Shown here piece by piece: positions 11,453 through 20,575 of a stretch of DNA of 35,550 nucleotides. The notes beneath the pieces are model-generated. The model was given only the letters and a program-made list of their open reading frames with translations. It did no database searches and had not been told where the DNA came from. Position numbers and translations under genes: made by a program. Source of the stretch: Lama guanicoe (Eukaryota); contig MU053292.1 of the NCBI GenBank assembly GCA_013239625.1, positions 17,428-52,977 on the forward strand, in the 5' to 3' direction. Each line of letters starts with the position of its first letter. Positions within the stretch are counted from its first letter, which is position 1.

Positions 11453-11854
11453 CTGGCATCAGGAGAGGAAAACTGGAAACATGGGAGCTTTAAAATCAAG
11501 TTATAATGAGGGTTGGAGGAAATATGCACAGACCTAGGAAGCCAATGGGCATATGGAAAAGCTTGGAGAATTGAGAGGCCCTGGAAATCCCAAAGGCTTC
11601 CAACCCAGGCTCCCAGTGGTCACAGTCCAGTCTTTCCCTAGCAAAGGTCTCCAAGTTAGCCTCCGGAAGTACCTTCCCTTCTTGGAAATCTTTGGTTAGA
11701 ACAACTAAAACAAATGAGAAAAGAACGTTTGATTCTCAGAAGTTCTGGTTTCAACTAATGGGACCAAGAATACATGCATTTAATAAACTTAAGGGCAAGT
11801 CTCTTTTTCTTAAATGGCTTATATATTCGAAAGAAGATTTACATATGTTGCAGA

Positions 11855-11925
11855 TGACATTTATTCACGTATTCATTAAATATTTATTAAGTACTTACTA
11901 AAAACTGGGTACTATATATTGGTCT
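11855..11925 (-). mobile_element. L2 3' tail fragment
   Basis: 'atttattcacgtattcattaaatatttattaagtacttacta...ggtactat'. Confidence 0.65.
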
Positions 11926-11974
11926 ATCCTTTTTGGATTATAACTCAGCAGCATATATTTAGAATCATTACTGT

Positions 11975-12415
11975 TTTTACATATTTTGTACCAGTAATCT
12001 GAGTCTTAGGAATTTGTCCTAAGGTAATAATTCAGATGAAAAAAAAAGCGATATGCGAAACATATTTATAGCAGCATTATTTATAATGGGAAAAAAAACT
12101 CTAAATGCCTAATGATAGGGAATTAAAATAACTGTGGCATATTCATTCCAAGGACAGTAGGTACATACTGAAAACGATAAAGACCAAGTATGGGAAATGG
12201 AAAAGCATATATGAAATGTTAGGGAAAAAACCAAGACAAAAATTGTATAAAAGTATGATGGTAACAGCATAAACACATACACACACACACACATAAAAAG
12301 TTAGAGACTCCAATGAAAAATGGGAATAGTTAGTGCATTTGGGTGGTCATATTATATCTTCACTTTCATTTTAAAATATTGTAAAGTTGTCTTCACAGTA
12401 AATAAAAATAATTAA
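11975..12415 (+). mobile_element. Old L1 (L1ME-type) 3' fragment
   Basis: 'ccagtaatct...ttaggaatttgtcctaaggtaataatt...atatttatagcagcattatttataat...taaatgcctaatgataggg...aactgtggcatattcat'. Confidence 0.7.
12273..12293. repeat. (CA)n microsatellite
   Basis: 'acacatacacacacacacaca'. Confidence 0.85.
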
Positions 12416-12779
12416 TGACATAGACTGAAAAAGTATTTTAAAACTCTACTTTTTGTAATGCATGGTAATGTGTACTAAGTGTGGAACTCTTAGGGTGCTT
12501 AATTAATTGTTTGCTTATACATGGAAACATTTTGAACTAAGATGTTAAGGGAAAAGATAATCTCAGAAGCCAGTAGTGACAACCAATATCATGCAATATT
12601 CAGGGTATTTACCTCCGCAGCCTGAACAGTTCCTCTCCCAACCCAAACTTGACTGGTTTCTGTAATTTTTCACTAACCTGGGGAGCTTTTCTCCTTCTTT
12701 GGTTCTTCCAGAAGCTTGAATTCTTTGCAGATCACTTGGGGTAATGAAGAATTCACATCAAACTGAGTTAACGTTTATT

Positions 12780-12945
12780 TTATGACTGAGTCTCTGGTGA
12801 TGAATGAATCCCTTCCCAAGCCTCAGTTTTTGCATCTGCAGAATGGGGATAGCATCCCCTCTCTCTTACGGCTGCAGTGACAAGATATGTGAAGCTTCCA
12901 ACACAACGCCTGCTCCCTCTGAGGGGGACCCAATAAATACGAATT
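12780..12945 (+). mobile_element. MIR SINE
   Basis: 'aagcctcagtttttgcatctgcagaatggggatagca...caataaat'. Confidence 0.75.
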
Positions 12946-13159
12946 TCCTGTCTCAAGACTGAAAAGCCAAGAGGGGTGGTGTTCCACAAGCCGTGCACTG
13001 TGCGGGGGCTGGTACAAAATTTTGTAAGTAGCTGCCTCTTACTGAGCTGGCACCAAGCCCTGCCCATTACAGGATATGACCTCAAGCTGCAGAGTGGTAG
13101 TGGCCTGACAGCAAGATCCTGGCAAGACCATCCTACTGCTTACTTACTTTATCAGTATA

Positions 13160-13460
13160 AAGGCAATACGTGCTAATGAAATAAAACTTAGAAAGGAGTA
13201 AACAACGGAGAACAATCACCTAAGGTTTCCCGATTTAAAGAAAATGGCTGTTAACACTTCGCTGTTTCCCTTGAAACATTTCCATCCGGGTTTTCCCTGT
13301 GCATAGACTTTGGCTGGGTTTTAAACACAGCTGTAATCATGTTGCACATAGGATTTTGCATCCTGAATTTTTCATTTCAATGTAACAGATAAGCTGTTTT
13401 CATGCCATTTCATGGTTTTCAGGGCCTCCACTTTTAATGGCTGTATAACATTCCAGTTCG
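13160..13460 (-). mobile_element. Old L1 (L1ME4-like) 3' fragment
   Basis: 'gctgttaacactt...atcatgttgcacataggattttgcatcctgaatttttcattt...ttttaatggctgtataacattcca'. Confidence 0.6.
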
Positions 13461-13599
13461 GAAAACTGACAAGCAATACACACACTCTCCTTTCCTGTGC
13501 CAAGAAGCCTCTTGTACAGCCTTTCATTTCCAAGAAGACTTCTCAGTTTCCAGGTGGCCCCACATCACAGGGCCAAAGGCATTTGGGAACAGAAAAATC

Positions 13600-13840
13600 C
13601 AGCTGGAAAGAATAGTGAAAGGGGAAGTGGAAAAAAGAATAAATGGTGACAGAGAAAGACAGAAAGAGGAGGGAGAAAGGGACAATGGGAGAGAGGGAGG
13701 AAATAAGAGGGAAAAGGAAAACGAGTATGACACAACGGGGGAAAATGTAAAAGAGAAGAGGAAGAGAATGAACCGATGGAGAAGAGAACCAGAAAGAAGG
13801 GGAAGGAGGAGGAAGGGAAGGTGGGAGGAGGAAGAGGCAA
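13600..13840 (+). repeat. Polypurine (GA-rich) low-complexity tract; duplicated at ~15733-15973
   Basis: ~240 bp of mostly A/G, e.g. 'agaaagaaggggaaggaggaggaagggaaggtgggaggaggaagagg'. Confidence 0.85.
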
Positions 13841-14739
13841 ATAACTGGTGGTCCAATTTACACGTCTACTCGAGACTCTCACGCGATAGCTAAAGGTTTC
13901 CTTGGGTTCTCGTCCCATTGGCAGCTTCCAACACATTGCCAGCCTCGGGCATTGTTTTTCTCAATTATTCATATTTAATGTTATGGCCACTGCACCTTCA
14001 GGCACTCATTAATTCTTTATCCTGAGCCACAAATGCATTTACCTGACTTCCTTCTTTCTAAAGACTCATCACTACTCCACCAAGCGGATGGAGGTCTTTA
14101 GTGATTGATTCCCTGGTTTCAAAGAGTTGAGCTCTGTACGAGGTACCTCCTGAATTCTTCCTCAAGGTATTTCATTTTGCTCCTCTTTGATCCAGTGTCT
14201 TTGGCTGGGACCCACTTTCTCTTCCCAGAATTTTGCTCCTTTGGATTTCAAGACACATGGTTCATTTACTGCATGCTGGTATTTCTACAGTCCTTGGAGG
14301 GGCTCTGGAACCATCTCCTGTTTCAAGGAAAATATGGTATGTGGGGCACTCTGAAAGTTCCTATCATGCTTCCAGCTGATCAGTGCTGCTCAAATGAGGG
14401 TCCTGAGCCTGGCTTCCCCTAGCCTGTCCTGGGGACCATCTGTATATTGTGAGCCTGGGAACTGCCAGGACTGTGAACATCAGAGGCACTGGCCGGGCCT
14501 CCAGTAAAGGTTGAAGCCGGATGTGAAGAGTTTGCCTGCATGCCAGCACATTCCACCACCCCAAGAAGCCGAATACTGTTCCATGGTGCCTTGGCAAGAA
14601 GACTCTCCTGCTTAGCACGTTTGCAAGTCCCTCTGTCATCACAGAAGCCCAGACCCAGCAGGCAGGCGGGACCCTCGCAATAGGTTGGGGTAGGGACATG
14701 GGTGCTTCTCTGCTAGGGAGGAGGTATGTTCACAGAAAC

Positions 14740-15160
14740 TGGGGTTGAAACCTGACTCTCCCACTTAGGTGCTCCAAGGTTTTATCCAGCACAACGTTTT
14801 CTTGGACTCAGTGTCCTCATCTGTAAAATGGGGATTAGTATTCCTGTCCTGCCTACTTCACAGAGGTACTGTTAGAATCAGAAAGCAGACAACAGGTTAA
14901 AGTACATGGTAAGTAAAATGTCTTTCCAAGTCAAGGCAGAAGGAGAGTGCTGTCCTGGTGGGAAGAACACTGCTTTGGAACCAGGAGCCTTGAGTTCAAA
15001 CAATACCCTGCTGTTCCTGTATAACTTGCCTTCATCAAGTCCCCTCATTCAGTAAAAAGACTAACAATGCCTGCTTGCCCCTCCTCACAGACTTTTTGGG
15101 ATGATTAGACGATACAATGGAAGTGAAACTGGGACGTGCTTTCAGACATTATTAATATTA
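14740..15160 (+). mobile_element. Two MIR elements (duplicated at ~17341-17761)
   Basis: 'ggactcagtgtcctcatctgtaaaatggggatt...cctacttcacagagg' and 'ggaagaacactgctttggaaccaggagccttgagttcaaa'. Confidence 0.75.
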
Positions 15161-15216
15161 TGAATATCCCTGTTGCTGCTTTGGGCACTACTCTCAGAAG
15201 CCATGCTCCCCCTTGG

Positions 15217-15598
15217 TGTTCTAGACTGAATGCTTGTGCTCCTCCAAAATGCATATGCTGAGGCCCTAGACCTCAGTGGGATGGTATTTGGAGGTGGAGC
15301 CTTGGGAACATAATTGAGGTTAGATGCTGTCATGGGGGTAGCATCCCACCTTGGTCCCCAAAGGGATTAGCACCTTCTAAGAAGAGAGATCAGAGCACTT
15401 GCTCCTTCTCTGTCTACACCATGAGGGACACAGGGAGGAGGTGGCTGTCTGCAAGCCAGGAAAGGGGCCCTTGCCAAGAACCTGACCGTGCTGGTACCCA
15501 GATCTCAGACTTCTAGACTCCAGAACTGTGAGGAATAACTTCCTGTGATTTAAGCCTCCCAGTCTACGGTACTTCATTACAGCAGCTCCTGTAAGACA
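15217..15598 (+). mobile_element. MLT1A-type solo LTR, copy 1
   Basis: TG...CA termini ('tgttctagactgaatgcttgtg'...'taagaca'), internal 'gctgtctgcaagccagga...cagacttctagactccagaactgtgag', degenerate 5-bp TSD cttgg/gttgg. Confidence 0.9.
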
Positions 15599-15967
15599 GT
15601 TGGGGTCAGGCCGGGCAAGAGCCCTTCTCTTGCCCTCTAGAGTGGACTTGTTCACATACTCCCAAAGAAGACTTCTCAGTTTCCAGGTGGCCCCAGATCA
15701 CAGGGCCAAAGGCATTTGGGAACAGAAAAATCCAGCTGGAAAGAATAGTGAAAGGGGAAGTGGAAAAAAGAATAAATGGTGAGAGAGAAAGACAGAAAGA
15801 GGAGGGAGAAAGAGACAATGGGAGAGAGGGAGGAAATAAGAGGGAAAAGGAAAACGAATATGACACAACGGGGGAAAATGTAAAAGAGAAGAGGAAGAGA
15901 ATGAACCGATGGAGAAGAGAACCAGAAAGAAGGGGAAGGAGGAGGAAGGGAAGGTGGGAGGAGGAAG

Positions 15968-16300
15968 AGGCAAATAACTGGTGGTCCAATTTACACGTCT
16001 ACTCGAGACTCTCACGCGATAGCTAAAGGTTTCCTTGGGTTCTCGTCCCATTGGCAGCTTCCAACACATTGCCAGCCTCGGGCATTGTTTTTCTCAATTA
16101 TTCATATTTAATGTTATGGCCACTGAAGGCAAATAACCGGTGGTCCAATTTACACGTCTACTCGAGACTCTCACGCGATAGCTGCTTCCTAAGGAAGATA
16201 AAGATTTCCTTGGGTTCTCGTCCCATTGGCAGCTTCCAACACATTGCCAGCCTCGGGCATTGTTTTTCTCAATTATTCATATTTAATGTTATGGCCACTG
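15968..16300. repeat. Nested tandem duplication (158-bp unit at 15968-16125; 174-bp unit at 16127-16300)
   Basis: 'aggcaaataac...atggccactg' occurs twice; the second unit has an extra 16 nt (16184-16199) and two substitutions. Confidence 0.95.
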
Positions 16301-16751
16301 CACCTTCAGGCACTCATTAATTCTTTATCCTGAGCCACAAATGCATTTACCTGACTTCCTTCTTTCTAAAGACTCATCACTACTCCACCAAGCGGATGGA
16401 GGTCTTTAGTGATTGATTCCCTGGTTTCAAAGAGTTGAGCTCTGTACGAGGTACCTCCTGAATTCTTCCTCAAGGTATTTCATTTTGCTCCTCTTTGATC
16501 CAGTGTCTTTGGCTGGGACCCACTTTCTCTTCCCAGAATTTTGCTCCTTTGGATTTCAAGACACATGGTTCATTTACTGCATGCTGGTATTTCTACAGTC
16601 CTTGGAGGGGCTCTGGAACCATCTCCTGTTTCAAGGAAAATATGGTATGTGGGGCACTCTGAAAGTTCCTATCATGCTTCCAGCTGATCAGTGCTGCTCA
16701 AATGAGGGTCCTGAGCCTGGCTTCCCCTAGCCTGTCCTGGGGACCATCTGT

Positions 16752-17337
16752 GTATTGTGAGCCTGGGAACTGCCAGGACCGTGAACATCAGAGGCACTGG
16801 CCGGGCCTCCAGTAAAGGCTGAAGCCGGATGTGAAGAGTTTGCCTGCATGCCAGCACATTCCACCACCCCAAGAAGCTGAATACTGTTCCATGGTGCCTT
16901 GGCAAGAAGACCCTCCTGCTTAGCACGTTTGCAAGTCCCTCTGTCATCACAGAAGCCCAGACCCAGCAGGCAGGCGGGACCCTTGCAATAGGATGGGGTA
17001 GGGACATGGGTGCTTCTCTGCTAGGGAGGAGGTATGTTCACAGAATATTGTGAGCCTGGGAACTGCCAGGACTGTGAACATCAGAGGCACTGGCCGGGCC
17101 TCCAGTAAAGGTTGAAGCCGGATGTGAAGAGTTTGCCTGCATGCCAGCACATTCCACCACCCCAAGAAGCCGAATACTGTTCCATGGTGCCTTGGCAAGA
17201 AGACTCTCCTGCTTAGCACGTTTGCAAGTCCCTCTGCCATCACAGAAGCCCAGACCCAGCAGGCAGGCGGGACCCTCGCAATAGGTTGGGGTAGGGACAT
17301 GGGTGCTTCTCTGCTAGGGAGGAGGTATGTTCACAGA
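16752..17337. repeat. Nested 293-bp tandem duplication (16752-17044; 17045-17337)
   Basis: 'tattgtgagcctggg...gtatgttcacaga' occurs twice in tandem. Confidence 0.95.
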
Positions 17338-17817
17338 AACTGGGGTTGAAACCTGACTCTCCCACTTAGGTGCTCCAAGGTTTTATCCAGCACAACGTTT
17401 TCTTGGACTCAGTGTCCTCATCTGTAAAATGGGGATTAGTATTCCTGTCCTGCCTACTTCACAGAGGTACTGTTAGAATCAGAAAGCAGACAACAGGTTA
17501 AAGTACATGGTAAGTAAAATGTCTTTCCAAGTCAAGGCAGAAGGAGAGTGCTGTCCTGGTGGGAAGAACACTGCTTTGGAACCAGGAGCCTTGAGTTCAA
17601 ACAATACCCTGCTGTTCCTGTATAACTTGCCTTCATCAAGTCCCCTCATTCAGTAAAAAGACTAACAATGCCTGCTTGCCCCTCCTCACAGACTTTTTGG
17701 GATGATTAGACGATACAATGGAAGTGAAACTGGGACGTGCTTTCAGACATTATTAATATTATGAATATCCCTGTTGCTGCTTTGGGCACTACTCTCAGAA
17801 GCCATGCTCCCCCTTGG

Positions 17818-18199
17818 TGTTCTAGACTGAATGCTTGTGCTCCTCCAAAATGCATATGCTGAGGCCCTAGACCTCAGTGGGATGGTATTTGGAGGTGGAG
17901 CCTTGGGAACATAATTGAGGTTAGATGCTGTCATGGGGGTAGCATCCCACCTTGGTCCCCAAAGGGATTAGCACCTTCTAAGAAGAGAGATCAGAGCACT
18001 TGCTCCTTCTCTGTCTACACCATGAGGGACACAGGGAGGAGGTGGCTGTCTGCAAGCCAGGAAAGGGGCCCTTGCCAAGAACCTGACCGTGCTGGTACCC
18101 AGATCTCAGACTTCTAGACTCCAGAACTGTGAGGAATAACTTCCTGTGATTTAAGCCTCCCAGTCTACGGTACTTCATTACAGCAGCTCCTGTAAGACA
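17818..18199 (+). mobile_element. MLT1A-type solo LTR, copy 2 (made by the duplication, not by independent insertion)
   Basis: Appears identical to 15217-15598, including flanks, at offset 2601. Confidence 0.9.
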
Positions 18200-18281
18200 G
18201 TTGGGGTCAGGCCGGGCAAGAGCCCTTCTCTTGCCCTCTAGAGTGGACTTGTTCACATACTCCCCATGGCTGGCAGTCACC

Positions 18282-18663
18282 CAGGGTCGGGACTAGGGTG
18301 ACAGGAGTGAGGTACACACTTAGGGGCAAAACTGAAGGTGGTGCCACCAACTCTGTCATCAAGATAAACAGTTCCATGTCTTATCAAAAAGATTAAATTT
18401 ATGGGAAAAAAAATCCCAGATGAGCAAAATACCAAGCTTCTAAGTAAAGACAGGATCAGTAGCAGTGCTGTACTGAGCCACACTGCAGCTGGAGGCAAAA
18501 AGAAAAATCAGTGATACTGGTGCTATTTTTATTGAACGATTTTGATTTTTGTTCATTGTGGATTTTTTTGGTATAAATTTTGATTTTTAAAATATGGCAC
18601 TGAAATGCGATTTATCTTGGTCACTGAGGGAGTGCCTCACTCACCTCCCCAGCCCAGGTCCTG
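18282..18663 (+). mobile_element. MER96/MER96B-like non-autonomous hAT DNA transposon
   Basis: Imperfect terminal inverted repeats 'cagggtcgggactagggtgacaggagtgaggtac' and 'gtgcctcactcacctccccagcccaggtcctg', with quasi-palindromic AT-rich internal arms. Confidence 0.7.
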
Positions 18664-18917
18664 ACACCCTGCTACGTTACATCATTTCATGGGACATACT
18701 GGCCCCTGACTCTGTCTCTGTTTCCTCCTTGACAAGCCCAATTTACTGCCTGCTGCCTTGTTTTTCTGGGCCCTGTTCAGTTAATCGGTACTGAATGTTA
18801 ATTGCTGACAAAGGGTTTATTCTCCTATTCAAAATTAGCCAGCAAACCAAAGTATCCTAAAAACGCAATGTCTGAAGCCAAAAGGAAGAATCTCTCACGG
18901 TGATTCTTAGTCTTTTA

Positions 18918-19125
18918 TTTAAGAAATGCTTATTAAATGTCCAACGGTTGCATTATCTCGGACTGGCACTGAGAATACACAGGTGAAGAGACACTGCCCC
19001 TGTTCTGAAGCACTCACAGCCTTGTGAGGAAGCCAGATAATTATCTGAGAAAAGGGAAGGAGCTCTTAGGTCTTGCCTTTGGAATCAGGAAGGTCTTCAC
19101 AGACGAAGAGATGCTTAAACTCTCC
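18918..19125 (-). mobile_element. L2 3' fragment
   Basis: 'aaatgcttattaaatgtcca...ggcactgagaatacacaggtgaagagacactgcccctgttctgaagcactcacagcctt'. Confidence 0.7.
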
Positions 19126-19854
19126 AAAAAATGCTAACTGTGGTATCCTGACTCTGAGTCATGTATGCTCATTGCAGAAAAATTGGAAAAGAGAAGAATA
19201 TTAAGAAGTTAAAATATTTACTCTCACATCCCAGGAGTGACTGTTGTGAACATTTAGGTTAATTTCTTTCCAATTTACATCCATATCTATAGCAACGGGT
19301 ATAAAACATATGCTCAGAAATAAGATGTGTTCAAATGCAGAACTTTAAAAACTTACTATGATTGTCTTCACCCTGCACTGGAGCCCCCATTCCAAGTGAT
19401 GGAGTTAAAAAGAAGAAAGAAGCATTTTCACTTAAGTGACTGTGACTTAAAACAGCTTCTCTTTTGATAAATGTTCAATCAATTCAAAGTTGAAACTTCC
19501 TATCTGTACTTTCCTCAACTTTCAAGCAGTCTCCCCCACTTCCTCCTTCCATGGTACCAGAGAACAGGAGGTGGTGAGCCTGCCCTCTGGGTCTGCCCTG
19601 GACTCCTGTGAAAGGAAACATGCCCTACTTAGTCACTAGGCATCCTGCTCTGGTGTCCGCTGAGTCTGTCTGGTCTGGAGGTGCTGATGGGGGTGATAAA
19701 CCTGACCTCTGCTCTGGTGGCCATGTCCCAACCCCTCATCCTGACGCCAAGCCTCTTCCGAGTCACTGGTCCTGTCAGCACTGCTGAGTCCCCAGACCTG
19801 GGTATGAAGCAACTTCTCTGACATCACCTAGTTCCACGGCAGGAGATGAGTCCA

Positions 19855-20575
19855 GGGAGCTGGACATGGGCCAGGTCATGTAAGGCCTTGCATGGGAGGG
19901 AAGAAATTTGGATTTTACCCTAAATGTAATTGGAAGCCATCAGAAGGTTTCAGCAGATGATTGATATTCTGTAATTGTCATTATTAGCAGATTATGCTCA
20001 TTGCTCTGTGGGAATGGATTGGAAGGGACTGAAGTAGAGGCAGAGTAACAGCAGCCAAGGTCAGAGATGACGGCCTAAACTTACAGCTTAGAGATAAATG
20101 TCAGAGTCCGAACATCATTAAGCTGATGGGTTGGATACGGGAGGAATGAAAGCTGAAGGGCAGGGAGGATGGTGTGCTACTACTGAGATGGAGGAACCGG
20201 GACTGGGGACATGTTGGGATCAAGAGTTCTGTTTTGGACGTAAGTTCCAGACATTCTTGAGCTCTCCAAGGGGAGATGCTAAGTAGGCAGTTGGATGTAT
20301 GAGTTCAGGAAAGAGGTGTGGCCATCATTAGCACATAGCAGGCACTTAACCCGATGGGAATGAATTCAATTACATGGTGACAAATATTAATGAAAGAAAT
20401 TGGGTTCAGTAGAGGCTCATTTAGAGGTTTAGTAAAAGAGGAAGAGACAGCAAAGGAGATGGAAGAGGAAGGAGTGGTAAGCAAAGGGAGAACAGTGTCC
20501 CCTAAGCCAAGGGGAGAGGGTTCAAGGAGGATGAAATGGTAGACGGCGGGATGCTACTGAGAGGGTGACTTAGGT
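19855..20575 (-). mobile_element. L2 LINE body fragment
   Basis: 'gggccaggtcatgtaaggccttg...tttggattttaccctaaatgtaattggaagccatcagaaggttt...atcaagagttctgttttggac...aagtaggcagttggat'. Confidence 0.85.

Larger units (their letters stand above)
13532..15663. repeat. Tandem duplication, copy 1 (period 2133 bp)
   Basis: 'aagaagacttctcagtttccagg' at 13532 recurs at 15665; 'gttcacatactccc' ending 15663 recurs ending 18264; duplicated ORFs in the track are offset by 2133, 2308 and 2601. Confidence 0.97.
15665..18264. repeat. Tandem duplication, copy 2 (2600 bp, includes two nested tandem duplications)
   Basis: Same sequence as 13532-15663 plus 175 bp and 293 bp of extra duplicated sequence. Confidence 0.97.

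Noticed and set aside
11630..11795. Possible MER5-like DNA transposon remnant
   Set aside because: Similarity too weak to call without a profile search.
13524..13936. ORFs of 92-123 aa on both strands (repeated at 15606-16069)
   Set aside because: They run through the GA-rich low-complexity tract, giving E/R/K/G or F/S/L/P peptides; the lack of stops is compositional and the recurrence comes from the duplication.
14105..14699. ORFs of 105 and 111 aa recurring two or three times, like a gene family
   Set aside because: The recurrence is explained by the near-identical tandem duplication; no recognisable domain and non-ATG or weak starts.
15968..17337. Repeat-spacer (CRISPR-like) or programmed array interpretation
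   Set aside because: Only two or three long copies with no unique spacers, in mammalian DNA.
15217..18199. Two identical MLT1A LTRs 2.6 kb apart resembling an intact recent provirus
   Set aside because: Both LTRs share the same flanks and TSD and the interval is duplicated host DNA, not MaLR internal sequence; MLT1A is ancient.
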